Positions 37,952-47,443 of a DNA stretch of 55,050 nt are shown here, in pieces (the first letter of the stretch is position 1; every line of letters begins with the position of its first letter). Made by a program: the position numbers and the translations under genes. Origin of the DNA: an uncultured Mycoplasma sp. (GTDB lineage Bacteria; Bacillota_I; Bacilli_A; RF39; UBA660); the NCBI GenBank assembly GCA_964345805.1, contig CAYFSK010000001.1, forward strand, positions 1-55,050. Reading direction: 5' to 3'. The notes under the pieces were generated by a model that searched no databases, was not told the DNA's origin, and worked only from the letters and a program-made list of their open reading frames with translations.

Positions 37952-39433
37952 TTATTGCCATAATAACATTGGATTAAAGAATTTACCACCATTATAAGGT
38001 TCGCCATTACATATTGAGAAATGAAGATGATATCCTGTAACTTTTCCTGTTGCTCCCATACCACCTACTATTTGTTTTCTACCAACTTCTTGGCCAAGAG
38101 AAACGCTAACATTAGATAAGTGTGCATATACAGACCAGTAACCATTAGGATGCTCTATTACAACATTATAACCAGCACTAGATCCAACCATACCACCCCA
38201 TCCAGCATTTCTAACTACACCTGCTGCAACAGAATATATCGGTGAACCATAACCTGTTCCTGAAATATCAATACCCTCATGGTAAACACCCCATCGCCAA
38301 TCAAAACTTGATGTAATAACATAGTTTGGATTTGTTGGCCATGCCCAGTCAGTTCCATCATCAGTATATATACCAAATCTTCCATAATTAGGAACATAAT
38401 TTCTTCCTCTTATTGTAACTTGGTCTACTTTAGCTATTATAGGTACAGCATTATTAACTTTAACTCCAGATTGAATAACCCCGTTTTTAACTATATATTG
38501 TTGACTAATTCTCGTAATACCTTTAACTCCTGGAACAGAGATTTCTGAATAATTACTTGGCTTAGTATTATCATAAATAGTTTTCTTTTCAAAGTTAACT
38601 TCAGTATCAGCTACTTCTGTTGCCTCATAAGTAAATGTTATTTCTGGCTTAATAAGAGTAATATTTACTTTATCACCAACGGCAAGAAGACTATCTTCCG
38701 ATTTAAATCTTGGGTTAGCAATTAGAAATTCTTTAGTATTAAGCTTATTATTATTACTTATACTTTTTATTGTATCTCCCTCTTTAACAGTATAAGTGTT
38801 AATAGTTCTATTTTCACCAAATAAGAAATACTGAGTTAAATCTATTTTATCAGTATATATTTTTTCTGATAAATTAACTAATGATTTCTTAGTAGATAAG
38901 GTTTCTTCAAAATACATTAAATCAATAATCTTTCCAGTTGTTTCTATTGGTCTTTGAGTATTATTCATAAAATTATTATATTCTTCTTCAGTAACAAAGG
39001 CTTTTACAAACTCTTTAATTGAATCATCCAAAACATTTTTATCTAAAAAATATATCTCTTTTTCTTTGCCTTCAGATTTAATAATTAGTTTATAACCTTC
39101 AATAGCAAATCCTTTTTCGCCTGTCATTTCTCCATAAATATCATCTGGATTAGATAATACAGCATTATAAGTGTTCATTCTAACTATTTTAAAATTATTC
39201 GGAGGATATACTTTTTTTACTTTATATTTTTTCATAATATCTTTTTGACGTTCATTTATTATATTATAAAGCTCTTTATCATCAGCAATATAACCAATTA
39301 TAGTTCCATCTAAATATATAGCATAAACATTTTCTGCTTTAGCGATATATTTATTAGTAAAATAATTAGACAATACAAGAAAGATAGCAAGAAGTGTTAA
39401 TAATAATGTATATATTTTTTCCTTAGTTTTCAT
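37952..39433 (-). CDS. M23 family metallopeptidase with LysM and G5-like domains
   Basis: Start set at MKTKEKIY (ATG 39433) with GAGGAAAG upstream. Contains LysM (YTVKEGDTIKSISNNNKL...), a G5-like segment and a C-terminal HEGIDISG...HLHF. Confidence 0.8.
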   Translation of the reverse strand: MKTKEKIYTLLLTLLAIFLVLSNYFTNKYIAKAENVYAIYLDGTIIGYIADDKELYNIINERQKDIMKKYKVKKVYPPNNFKIVRMNTYNAVLSNPDDIYGEMTGEKGFAIEGYKLIIKSEGKEKEIYFLDKNVLDDSIKEFVKAFVTEEEYNNFMNNTQRPIETTGKIIDLMYFEETLSTKKSLVNLSEKIYTDKIDLTQYFLFGENRTINTYTVKEGDTIKSISNNNKLNTKEFLIANPRFKSEDSLLAVGDKVNITLIKPEITFTYEATEVADTEVNFEKKTIYDNTKPSNYSEISVPGVKGITRISQQYIVKNGVIQSGVKVNNAVPIIAKVDQVTIRGRNYVPNYGRFGIYTDDGTDWAWPTNPNYVITSSFDWRWGVYHEGIDISGTGYGSPIYSVAAGVVRNAGWGGMVGSSAGYNVVIEHPNGYWSVYAHLSNVSVSLGQEVGRKQIVGGMGATGKVTGYHLHFSICNGEPYNGGKFFNPMLLWQ

Positions 39434-40772
39434 TTTCACTTTCCTCATCATGTTTAGATACGCTTCTAAATTTACTTAAATTAAGTTCAAACATTAAGTT
39501 AACAAGTCCTAAAGAACCTTTACGATGTTTAGCAATTATAAGTTCAGCTGGTACAATATTTTCTCTTTGTGACTTATCTGGATCGTAATAGTCTTTACGA
39601 TTTATAAATGCTACTATATCAGCATCTTGTTCTAAAGAACCAGAATCTCTTAAATCCGCAAGAGTTGGGACATTACTTTCTCTTTTTTCAACACTACGAG
39701 ATAATTGTGATAAAGCAATTACTGGTACATTTAATTCAAGAGCCATAGTTTTAATTGCTCTTGAAAATTCTGATACTTCAACTTGTCTTGACTCTGATCT
39801 TTTTCCACCTGGATTAATAAGTTGTAAATAGTCAATAACAACAAGAGCAAGGCCTTCTTCAGAACTTGCGAGTCTACGACATTTAGCTCTAATTTCTGCC
39901 ATAGTAGCTGAAGCATCCGCATCTATTTGAATATTTGTTTTAATAAGTTCGTTTGTTGCTTCATTATATCTTTGCCAATCTTTTTCATTCATATTACCAG
40001 TTGCAAGTTTATATGCATCAATTCTTCCTTGAGAAGATATCATTCTATTAACAAGCATTTCAGCAGGCATTTCTAAGTTGAAGATAGCTACTGCTTTTTT
40101 AGTAGTTGTTGCTGCAAAAGTAGCCATATTTAAAGCAAGAGCTGTTTTACCCATACCAGGCCTTGCAGCAATAATAATCATTTCACCACCTTGAAAGCCA
40201 GTTGTAATTCTATCAAAATCATAAAAACCTGTTTCAAGCCCAGTAATTAATTTCTTTGTTTTAGCAAGTTCTTCGAGTTTATCATGAGCAATTCTTAAAG
40301 CATCACTTATAGGAATTAACTCTTTAACAGATCTATTTCTTACTGCAAGTAATATATTTTTCTCAGCAGTATCTTGCAAAACCTCCATATCATTTTCATT
40401 ATATGAATTTTCAATAATATTAGTTGCTGTTGTAATAAGAGTTCTTCTTATATAATAATCTTTAACAATTTGGATATAATGATCAATATTAGCACTTGTT
40501 ACAACAGAATCTATTACATCAGTTATGTAGTCAAGCCCTACTAAAGTAAGTTTTTTTACTTTATCAAGTTCATTTTTTAAAGTTGTAATATCAAGAGGGC
40601 TATGGTTATCATTTAATATTTTAATAGCACTAAAAATAGCCTTATTTCTTTCATCATAAAACATATCTTCATTTAAAGACTCACAGATTTTATTTACTTG
40701 TTCTTTAGATATAAAGGCAACACCTAACACAGACATTTCTGCTTCAGTGTTATGAGGCATTTCTTTTGCCAT
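39423..40772 (-). CDS. dnaB: Replicative DNA helicase (DnaB family; DnaC in Bacillus nomenclature)
   Basis: 449 aa with Walker A ARPGMGKTALAL and RecA-like C-terminal domain motifs. Conserved position after rplI. Confidence 0.95.
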   Translation of the reverse strand: MAKEMPHNTEAEMSVLGVAFISKEQVNKICESLNEDMFYDERNKAIFSAIKILNDNHSPLDITTLKNELDKVKKLTLVGLDYITDVIDSVVTSANIDHYIQIVKDYYIRRTLITTATNIIENSYNENDMEVLQDTAEKNILLAVRNRSVKELIPISDALRIAHDKLEELAKTKKLITGLETGFYDFDRITTGFQGGEMIIIAARPGMGKTALALNMATFAATTTKKAVAIFNLEMPAEMLVNRMISSQGRIDAYKLATGNMNEKDWQRYNEATNELIKTNIQIDADASATMAEIRAKCRRLASSEEGLALVVIDYLQLINPGGKRSESRQVEVSEFSRAIKTMALELNVPVIALSQLSRSVEKRESNVPTLADLRDSGSLEQDADIVAFINRKDYYDPDKSQRENIVPAELIIAKHRKGSLGLVNLMFELNLSKFRSVSKHDEESENEN

Positions 40773-40780
40773 AAATCCTC

Positions 40781-41224
40781 CTATTTAATTAGATTAACTT
40801 TAATTTTAAATTCAACTTTTTTATGTAGTTTAATATCAACATTATGTGTTCCTAAACTATCAATATTATTTTTTATATTAATACATTTCTTATCTATTTT
40901 TATATCAAATCTATCATTTATTTCATCAGCAATTTGTTTTGATGAAATACTTCCAAAAACTTTATCTTCTTTTCCGGTTTTTACTTTAAATTTAATTTCT
41001 TTATTATTTAATTTATTTTTAATTAATTGTAATTCTTTAACTAAAGCATCTTCTTTTTCTTTTCTTGCTTCAATTTCTTTTTCTAAAATCTTTTTACTTC
41101 CTTCAGTATAAAGAACTGCTAGTTTATTTTTAATTAAATAATTTTGAGCATATCCTGTTGGTACATCTATGATGTCATCTTTTTTTCCCTTTGACTTAAC
41201 GTCCTTGAGTAAAATAACTTTCAT
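40781..41224 (-). CDS. rplI: 50S ribosomal protein L9
   Basis: Start set at MKVILLKDV (ATG 41224) with GGAGG upstream. Confidence 0.92.
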   Translation of the reverse strand: MKVILLKDVKSKGKKDDIIDVPTGYAQNYLIKNKLAVLYTEGSKKILEKEIEARKEKEDALVKELQLIKNKLNNKEIKFKVKTGKEDKVFGSISSKQIADEINDRFDIKIDKKCINIKNNIDSLGTHNVDIKLHKKVEFKIKVNLIK

Positions 41225-41245
41225 AAAACCTCCAAAACTAAACAT

Positions 41246-41280
41246 ATTATAACATAGATATTTTATTTTATAAATAACTC
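41246..41280 (-). promoter_or_regulatory. Extended -10 promoter for rplI-dnaB-M23
   Basis: TGTTATAAT (TGnTATAAT) on the minus strand, with the hexamer at 41251..41246 and a weak TTTATA -35. Confidence 0.5.
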
Positions 41281-41285
41281 TATAA

Positions 41286-41313
41286 AATAAAAAATCGATT
41301 AATTTAATCGATT
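41286..41313 (-). terminator. Intrinsic terminator of rpsF-ssb-rpsR
   Basis: AATCGATTAA/TTAATCGATT palindrome followed by TTTTTATTTT on the minus strand. Confidence 0.65.
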
Positions 41314-41318
41314 AATTA

Positions 41319-41534
41319 CTACTTAACATATGGTATTAAAGCCATAAATCTTGCATATTTAATTTGCTGTGCAATATGTCTTTGATGTTTAGCACAAGCA
41401 CCTGTCATACGACGAGGTAAAATCTTTCCTTTTTCATTAATATATTTATTAATAATCATAACATCTTTATAATTTACTGATTTTCCAGCACACATTTGAC
41501 ATACTCTTTTTTTCTTATAATAAAATTCTGCCAT
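41319..41534 (-). CDS. rpsR: 30S ribosomal protein S18
   Basis: 71 aa with conserved ...ILPRRMTGACAKHQRHIAQQIKYARFMALIPY. Confidence 0.93.
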   Translation of the reverse strand: MAEFYYKKKRVCQMCAGKSVNYKDVMIINKYINEKGKILPRRMTGACAKHQRHIAQQIKYARFMALIPYVK

Positions 41535-41554
41535 TATAATCCTCCTTTAAATTA

Positions 41555-42010
41555 TTAGAAAGGTAAATCTTCGCTACTAATATTTATTTCTTCACCAAAA
41601 TCTTTATAAGGATCTTCGGTAACGTCAGTTACTTCAATATCTTTGTCAAAAGAAGCTTCTTCTTTTGGCATAGATTCAGTATCATAATTTTCATTTTTTG
41701 AACTTAAGAATTCAAAGCCATCTACTACAATATCTGTTGAATATCTTTTATTACCATCTTTATCTTCATAACTATTATTTTTGATTCTTCCTGTTGCGCT
41801 AATCATTTTTCCTTTTGTACAATATTTATTAATTATTTCTGCTGTTTTACCAAAAGCAACACAATTTATAAACTCAACATCTCTTTCACCACTTTTATTA
41901 GTAAAATCATTTTGACAAGCAAGTGAAAAACGTGACACTTCTAAAGAACTATTTCCCATTCTTGATTCAGGATCCCTAGTAAATCTTCCAATTAGTATTA
42001 CCTTATTCAT
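41555..42010 (-). CDS. ssb: Single-stranded DNA-binding protein
   Basis: 151 aa with an N-terminal OB fold (MNKVILIGRFTRDPE) and an acidic tail ending DLPF. Confidence 0.93.
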   Translation of the reverse strand: MNKVILIGRFTRDPESRMGNSSLEVSRFSLACQNDFTNKSGERDVEFINCVAFGKTAEIINKYCTKGKMISATGRIKNNSYEDKDGNKRYSTDIVVDGFEFLSSKNENYDTESMPKEEASFDKDIEVTDVTEDPYKDFGEEINISSEDLPF

Positions 42011-42012
42011 TA

Positions 42013-42303
42013 TTATTCTCCTTCTTTTCTTATAATTAAATGTCTTAAAACATTTTCATTAATAGAAATCTTACGATCAAATTCTTTAATAGTACTGTGT
42101 TTAGCTTCTACAGTTAATAAATAATATGTACCAGTTACTTCCTTTTTAATTGGAAAAGAAAGCTTTCTTTTTCCTATTTCTTTAAATTCGATAATCTTTC
42201 CTTTGTCTGAAGTAATAATCTTTTGAAGATCTTCAGCTTCTTTTTTATTAACAGCATCTTCAATATTATTAGTTACTATAAACATAATTTCATAATTATC
42301 CAT
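42013..42303 (-). CDS. rpsF: 30S ribosomal protein S6
   Basis: 96 aa with MDNYEIMFIV N-terminus. Canonical rpsF-ssb-rpsR order. Confidence 0.92.
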   Translation of the reverse strand: MDNYEIMFIVTNNIEDAVNKKEAEDLQKIITSDKGKIIEFKEIGKRKLSFPIKKEVTGTYYLLTVEAKHSTIKEFDRKISINENVLRHLIIRKEGE

Positions 42304-42370
42304 TTTAACACCTCCTTATGGTCTATTTGGCTTACAATCTAATGCAAGCAAGGAGTAATTTGTTTACTCG
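42304..42370 (-). promoter_or_regulatory. Structured rpsF 5' UTR (possible S6:S18-responsive leader)
   Basis: Two hairpins on the minus strand: GAGTAA-ACAAA-TTACTC and GCTTGC-ATTAGATT-GTAAGC. The second has a G-U pair valid only on this strand. Functional assignment is by position only. Confidence 0.3.
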
Positions 42371-42376
42371 CTTTAT

Positions 42377-42405
42377 AGTATAGCAAAATAATTATTGTTT
42401 GTCTA
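42377..42405 (-). promoter_or_regulatory. Sigma-A-type promoter for rpsF-ssb-rpsR
   Basis: TAGACA (42405..42400) - N17 - TATACT (42382..42377) on the minus strand. Confidence 0.45.
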
Positions 42406-42446
42406 TCATTTTTATTCATCAAAATCCGATTAAAATTATAAATTAA

Positions 42447-42980
42447 AAAGTCAAGTGCAACAAATTAGTAAATAAAATATTTCTATACACAATTGATTTT
42501 TTCATTGAATTTCCTGGAGGATTATTCGAAATATTATTTGTATATTTTTTAGAAAAAAACAACTATAATAAAGGTCAAGAAAGATTATATTCTTTATTAA
42601 GACAAAAACATGTTCTTGCAATAGATACTGATATTTGTAACCAAGCTTTAAATGGAAAAAACATTTCAAAAACTGATTATACACAAGGATTTATATATGC
42701 TTTTATTAAGGATATGAAAGCTAAAGAAAGTATTATAAAATATTATCCAAAAGAAAATATGTACTCAATTTTTGATTTAATGTATACTTCATGTTTTCGT
42801 GGAATTGCACTATCTACAGAATTAATAGATAAGTATGATGTAAAAACAGTACTAGAGGCTTCAAAAGAAATATGGATTAAATCAAGATGCGAAAACAGAG
42901 TTGATTTACTACTTAATAATCAAATAATAGATTCTTTATTACCAGGGCTCGAAAAAAGTTACCAAAGATTAAGAAAATAA
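42447..42980 (+). pseudogene. Start-less open frame: probable 5'-truncated gene remnant (track ORF 42714..42980 is its 3' part)
   Basis: The frame of the 88-aa ORF stays open 89 codons upstream (42447..42713) with protein-like sequence. It contains no ATG/GTG/TTG, and the ATG at 42714 has a poorly spaced SD. A clean terminator follows at 42982. Confidence 0.35.
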
Positions 42981-42981
42981 A

Positions 42982-43008
42982 ACTTGCTTTAAAAGCAAGT
43001 ATTTTTTT
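42982..43008. terminator. Bidirectional intrinsic terminator (plus-strand remnant ORF and minus-strand tRNA-Cys)
   Basis: ACTTGC...GCAAGT stem with a T-run on the plus strand (ATTTTTTT) and a T-rich tract on the minus strand. Confidence 0.65.
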
Positions 43009-43009
43009 A

Positions 43010-43083
43010 TGGAGGAATCTACCGGATTTGAACCGGTGCTCAGGGTGTTGCAGACCCATGCCTTACCACTTGGCTAAGATTCC
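43010..43083 (-). tRNA. tRNA-Cys (anticodon GCA), CCA encoded
   Basis: The hand-folded 74-nt cloverleaf has acceptor GGAATCT/AGATTCC and D-stem GCC/GGC with an A13-A22 mismatch. The anticodon loop is CTGCAAC. The T-arm is ACCGG-TTCAAAT-CCGGT, and discriminator U73 is characteristic of tRNA-Cys. Confidence 0.9.
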
Positions 43084-43096
43084 ATTCACAGTTGTT

Positions 43097-43125
43097 ATTT
43101 TATAACACTTTCATTTCTTTGTCAA
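43097..43125 (-). promoter_or_regulatory. Sigma-A-type promoter for tRNA-Cys
   Basis: TTGACA (43125..43120) - N17 - TAAAAT (43102..43097). An overlapping TGtTATAAA extended -10 is also present. Confidence 0.55.
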
Positions 43126-43158
43126 TTAATGCATACTAAAAAAGTAATAGTCAAAATA

Positions 43159-44784
43159 TTACTTTTTAGGTAGGCTTATAACATATTTAATGTTTCTTAT
43201 AGTAAATATTAATTTTACTTTACTTCCATCATCAATTTGGTTAGGAATTGTTAAAACTCCTAAATTATTAACATTTCTTGGAGATAAACCTGGTGTTCTT
43301 GAATAATTTTTATTATCACCAATTTTATATTCTGTATAAGCAAACATATTCATAAACTCAGATAAATATTTAAAAGTATTCTTATTTATTACTTTATCAT
43401 CTAAAGTATAATCTATATGAAACACAATTAACTTTTTTTCAGTTGCATCTCTTCCTATATAAGATATACTTTCAAAAATTTGTTTGTATTTACTATCGCT
43501 TGCATTATCACTTGTACATGTATCACAATTAGAGTAAGCATAAATATATTTATTTGTAATTTCATAATCATTTATTTTAATTTTAGTATTGTTAAGTAAT
43601 GTATCTTTTAAAATAATTTCATCACCTAATTTATATTCTTTTGTTTGTAATTCTTGAAGTCTTGTTCTTCCTAAATTAATATATATATGTTTTGCAAATT
43701 CTTTTCCTTTATCAAGATAAACCCCATGATTAATTCTAATTGTCATTTTTCTATTCAGCATATTTTTAGTAATTGGATAAATCAAACACACATTTCTTTC
43801 TGTTTTTGAAGCAACTGTTTCAGGAATATAAGTAGAACAATTATCTAAATAATGTTTATTAATATTAAAATCAGGTAATATTAACTTATTACCAACTTTT
43901 AATTTAAATAAATTATAATCAACTTTTATTGGATCTGATGTATCATTTTTTAAACTTAAATTTGTTACAACATAATAATCATTTTCAAAAGTTGTTCCAT
44001 CTGCTTTATAATTTGTTACCTCAGCATGAGATACTTTCATATTTAGATTATCTAAAACAAATTCAGTATTAACTTTATATTTTAAATCTTCTCTTCGATA
44101 AATATTACTATATATAAATATTAATATTCCAGCAAAAACTATTACTCCAAGAACAGATAACATAAAAGCATTTTCTTTAAAATAATAAACCATTTCTCTT
44201 TTAAAACGATTAAATATCGTTTTTGCTTTATTACCATCTAAATTAATATATAATTCAAATTCTTCAGAATCTTCACGAGTTGCTTCTTCAATATCTCTAC
44301 CAAAATCAAATTTCTTAAAATCAAATCCTACTGCTCTTATAAAAATATATACTATAAAAAAGAGCTGAGGAATAGAAAAGATAATAGATATATCTCTAAT
44401 ATTTCTAGATAGTCTTGATGATATTAAAGAAAAGTTAAAACTATCTAAAACATCTGATAAATAAAATAAAAAACAAAAGAAAAGAAAATAATATAACAAA
44501 GTTGCTATATAAAGAGTAATTGGTTTCTTTTTATGACGAAGAAGGATAATTAAAACGATTGTAAAAGCAATAATTATTATTAATGATAAATATAAAAGAA
44601 ATGGTGTATATTGTGAAGAAAGACCATATGTTTTATCAAGTTGATAATTATTATTTATATATTCATTAAAAAACCTTATTATTAGTATACTTCTAAAAGC
44701 ACAAAAAGAAATTAATAATAGCATTATAAAATGGATTAATTTAAAATATTTGATTAAAAAAGCATAAGGTTTTTTTAATATCAC
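43159..44784 (-). CDS. Polytopic membrane protein with a large extracytoplasmic beta-rich C-terminal region
   Basis: 541 aa with about 5 N-terminal TM helices, an acidic linker, one more TM and then ~320 aa with a DUF4352-like beta-sandwich flavour. The domain call is tentative. Confidence 0.45.
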   Translation of the reverse strand: MILKKPYAFLIKYFKLIHFIMLLLISFCAFRSILIIRFFNEYINNNYQLDKTYGLSSQYTPFLLYLSLIIIIAFTIVLIILLRHKKKPITLYIATLLYYFLFFCFLFYLSDVLDSFNFSLISSRLSRNIRDISIIFSIPQLFFIVYIFIRAVGFDFKKFDFGRDIEEATREDSEEFELYINLDGNKAKTIFNRFKREMVYYFKENAFMLSVLGVIVFAGILIFIYSNIYRREDLKYKVNTEFVLDNLNMKVSHAEVTNYKADGTTFENDYYVVTNLSLKNDTSDPIKVDYNLFKLKVGNKLILPDFNINKHYLDNCSTYIPETVASKTERNVCLIYPITKNMLNRKMTIRINHGVYLDKGKEFAKHIYINLGRTRLQELQTKEYKLGDEIILKDTLLNNTKIKINDYEITNKYIYAYSNCDTCTSDNASDSKYKQIFESISYIGRDATEKKLIVFHIDYTLDDKVINKNTFKYLSEFMNMFAYTEYKIGDNKNYSRTPGLSPRNVNNLGVLTIPNQIDDGSKVKLIFTIRNIKYVISLPKK

Positions 44785-44837
44785 TTTATCTCACCCTTCA
44801 ATAATTGTACCACAAATATAAAAATATTTATTTATTT

Positions 44838-45266
44838 TTAACGATGGTATTTTCTTTTTTCTTTTATCATTAAACTTGAAATTGCTGTTTCTATTTCATC
44901 TAAAGATGCTTTAGAAAGATTTGTTATCGTAACTTGTTCTTTAACTGTATCAATACTTATTTTACCCCAAAATAATCCTGAATAAACAAACATATCATTA
45001 TACATATCTGGAGTTATTTGGGTATAAAAACTTCCCCATACAACTCTTTTTTGACCAATTAGTAATCTACGATTAGTAAGAGCAATAACGCAAGATGAGG
45101 TAAGATCGTACCAGTGATCATTATTTTGACCACAAAAAGCAAATAAAAGCTTTTCATTATCATCTATATATCCATCAAGTACTGCAGCATGTTTTTTTAT
45201 TCGCCATGCAACTGTTGAAGGATATTTATCTTTAAATTCTTTTACCATATTATAAACTCTTCCCAT
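44838..45266 (-). CDS. Bacterial PH-domain (YokE-like) protein
   Basis: Start set at MGRVYNMVKEF (ATG 45266) with GGAGA 7 nt upstream. The pattern LLFAFCGQ...ALTNRRLLIGQKR resembles bPH domains. A TTGATA-N17-TATATT promoter lies upstream. Confidence 0.5.
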   Translation of the reverse strand: MGRVYNMVKEFKDKYPSTVAWRIKKHAAVLDGYIDDNEKLLFAFCGQNNDHWYDLTSSCVIALTNRRLLIGQKRVVWGSFYTQITPDMYNDMFVYSGLFWGKISIDTVKEQVTITNLSKASLDEIETAISSLMIKEKRKYHR

Positions 45267-45319
45267 ATAAATATCTCCTACATATAATATATCTAAATTA
45301 TTAGTTTTTATCAATAATT

Positions 45320-45348
45320 AAAAAAAGTTACAAGATTTACTTGTAAAC
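45320..45348 (-). terminator. Intrinsic terminator of the Abi_2-htrA unit
   Basis: TTACAAG-TAAAT-CTTGTAA stem followed by CTTTTTTT on the minus strand. Confidence 0.65.
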
Positions 45349-45353
45349 AATTT

Positions 45354-46484
45354 TTATATAATGGATTGGTTAGATGTTAATACTACTTTTAATATTTTTG
45401 TTTTACCATTTCTAACAACGGTTAAATTAATCATATCACCAACTTTAAAACTATATAAATAATATCTTAAGTAAGCAATACTAGTTACATCATGATTATC
45501 TATTCTAATTACTACATCACCAGGCATTAATCCACCTTTACTTGCAGGAGAATTATCTTCAACAGATATTACTACTACACCTCTTGTTATTCCATTTTTT
45601 CTAAATTCATTATAGTACTGAGGTGAATATATTAAATCAGAAACATTGCTCATTCCTACACCTAAGTATGGCTGAGTTGGAACTTTTCCTTCAAGAATTG
45701 CATTAGCATGAATAACAGCAATTTCAATTGGAATAGCAAATCCCATACCTTCAACAGATGTATCAACAAGTTTTAAAGAGTTAATACCTACAACTTGTCC
45801 ATTAGAATTACATAATGGTCCTCCACTATTACCAGAATTAATTGCAGCATCTGTTTGTAATACTTTCATAACATAATCACTGTGTCTTGAATTTTCAGAA
45901 ATCTTTACTTCAACCATTCTATCTTTTCCAGATATAATTCCTCTTGTTACTGTCCAAGAATATACACTATCAATTGGAGCTCCTACTGTAAAGGAAGTAT
46001 CTCCAACTCTTAAATCCTCACTTGAACCAAGTTCTGAAACCGATATTATATATTTGGCATCTACTTTTAATACAGCAATATCAGAAAGTTCATTTTTTCC
46101 AACAACTGTTGTTTTAACTAAAGATCCATTTGTAAAAGTAACAGTAACACTATCTCCTCCACTTATTACATGGTTATTAGTTAATATATAGGCATCATTT
46201 CCTTGTTTTTTATAAACAAACCCTGTTCCTGCTGAAGAAGGAGTTTCCCCCTTATATGTAGTAACAACTACTACTGAATCATATACCTTTTCAACTGCAT
46301 CAGCAATACCACTATCAGTTACAGTAACTTTTTTTTGTACTTCTTTTTCAATTGTTTTAAAAAAGTTTGGATATTTTTTAACTGTAATATATAAACTTGC
46401 AGCTCCTACAAAAAAGGCAAATATTATTGCTAAAGCAACTACTAAACTATTATTTTTCTTAACTGGTCTTACATCATTCATCAT
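45354..46484 (-). CDS. htrA: HtrA/DegP-family serine protease with PDZ domain
   Basis: 376 aa with an N-terminal TM anchor, catalytic His (TNNHVI), Asp (SDIAVLKV) and Ser (GNSGGPL), and a C-terminal PDZ. Confidence 0.88.
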   Translation of the reverse strand: MMNDVRPVKKNNSLVVALAIIFAFFVGAASLYITVKKYPNFFKTIEKEVQKKVTVTDSGIADAVEKVYDSVVVVTTYKGETPSSAGTGFVYKKQGNDAYILTNNHVISGGDSVTVTFTNGSLVKTTVVGKNELSDIAVLKVDAKYIISVSELGSSEDLRVGDTSFTVGAPIDSVYSWTVTRGIISGKDRMVEVKISENSRHSDYVMKVLQTDAAINSGNSGGPLCNSNGQVVGINSLKLVDTSVEGMGFAIPIEIAVIHANAILEGKVPTQPYLGVGMSNVSDLIYSPQYYNEFRKNGITRGVVVISVEDNSPASKGGLMPGDVVIRIDNHDVTSIAYLRYYLYSFKVGDMINLTVVRNGKTKILKVVLTSNQSII

Positions 46485-46486
46485 AA

Positions 46487-47419
46487 CTATTTCATCCTCT
46501 CTATTTCTCTATAATTTTTAGGCAGCCCCATTTTATCTAATATTCTATCAATGGATATACTTTTTAATCTACCATTTAGTAAATCAAGCTCATAATTAAG
46601 TTCATTTAAAAACATTGTAAAATCTTGTCTTTTAAGTATTCTTTTTAGAATGATTATTAATGAAAATAAATCATTTTTTCCATAAATATATTCTCCATCC
46701 ATCTTAGGAATATCAAGCATTACATGATATATTGTATCACCAATAGATGCTTGCGTTTTATTTAAATAAACTATATCTTCATGAGCACATAAATTTCTAT
46801 AATTAGCAAGTATTGGTAAATAATCCATTAATGCTTCAACTTCAATACCAAATATATCAGCGATTTCTTTTTGATCATTATATTGCAAAATAGTATATAC
46901 TTCTCCTACTATACCAAAAGAAAGAACTTTAACGACAACCCATAAGGGAATATAACTATAATTTGCCATATAGTGACTTGTTGCACTATGTTGTTTTCCA
47001 TTAATACTAATCTGTCTTTTCATTTTATGTATTAAATCATTAATTTGTCTATTTCGAGATGAATCTTTAACAAAGTTATTTGGATTTAAATAATTCTTCT
47101 CTTTAAAACCATGATTCTTACTAACAATATAACTCATAATACTTTTTAAGTTGTTTTCAAATACTAATATATTTTTAAATAGAATATTTCTAAGTTGCCT
47201 ATCAAACATAAATACTGAGTACAATTCTTCAAAAGTGGCTCCATCGATAAATCTTCTGTCTTCCATAGAACGCATAAATAAAAATCTATATCCGGTTAAA
47301 AAAAAGTAATTTTCACGTAAAAGAATTTCTTTAGTGAAATCCTCATCATTAATAATAAGGCCTTTGTTTCTAAGAATTTCGACTTGTTCATCAACTGTTT
47401 TAAATACTTTTTCTTTCAC
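46487..47419 (-). CDS. Abi_2-family (AbiD/AbiF-like) abortive-infection protein, HEPN-type
   Basis: About 310 aa. The N-terminus KTVDEQVEILRNKGL is typical of the family and an Rx4H motif (RNLCAH) is present. Start favoured at GTG 47419, preceded by AAGGTGGA (track start GTG 47437). The stop lies 2 nt before the htrA ATG. Confidence 0.75.
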   Translation of the reverse strand: MKEKVFKTVDEQVEILRNKGLIINDEDFTKEILLRENYFFLTGYRFLFMRSMEDRRFIDGATFEELYSVFMFDRQLRNILFKNILVFENNLKSIMSYIVSKNHGFKEKNYLNPNNFVKDSSRNRQINDLIHKMKRQISINGKQHSATSHYMANYSYIPLWVVVKVLSFGIVGEVYTILQYNDQKEIADIFGIEVEALMDYLPILANYRNLCAHEDIVYLNKTQASIGDTIYHVMLDIPKMDGEYIYGKNDLFSLIIILKRILKRQDFTMFLNELNYELDLLNGRLKSISIDRILDKMGLPKNYREIERMK

Positions 47420-47443
47420 ACTTTCCACCTTATACACTATATA

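Noticed and set aside
42502-42684. 60-aa minus-strand ORF in the rpsF-upstream region
   Set aside because: The product looks non-protein-like (FLKCFFHLKLGYKYQYLL...). The opposite strand carries a much longer open, protein-like frame ending in a terminator, so this is treated as its antisense shadow.
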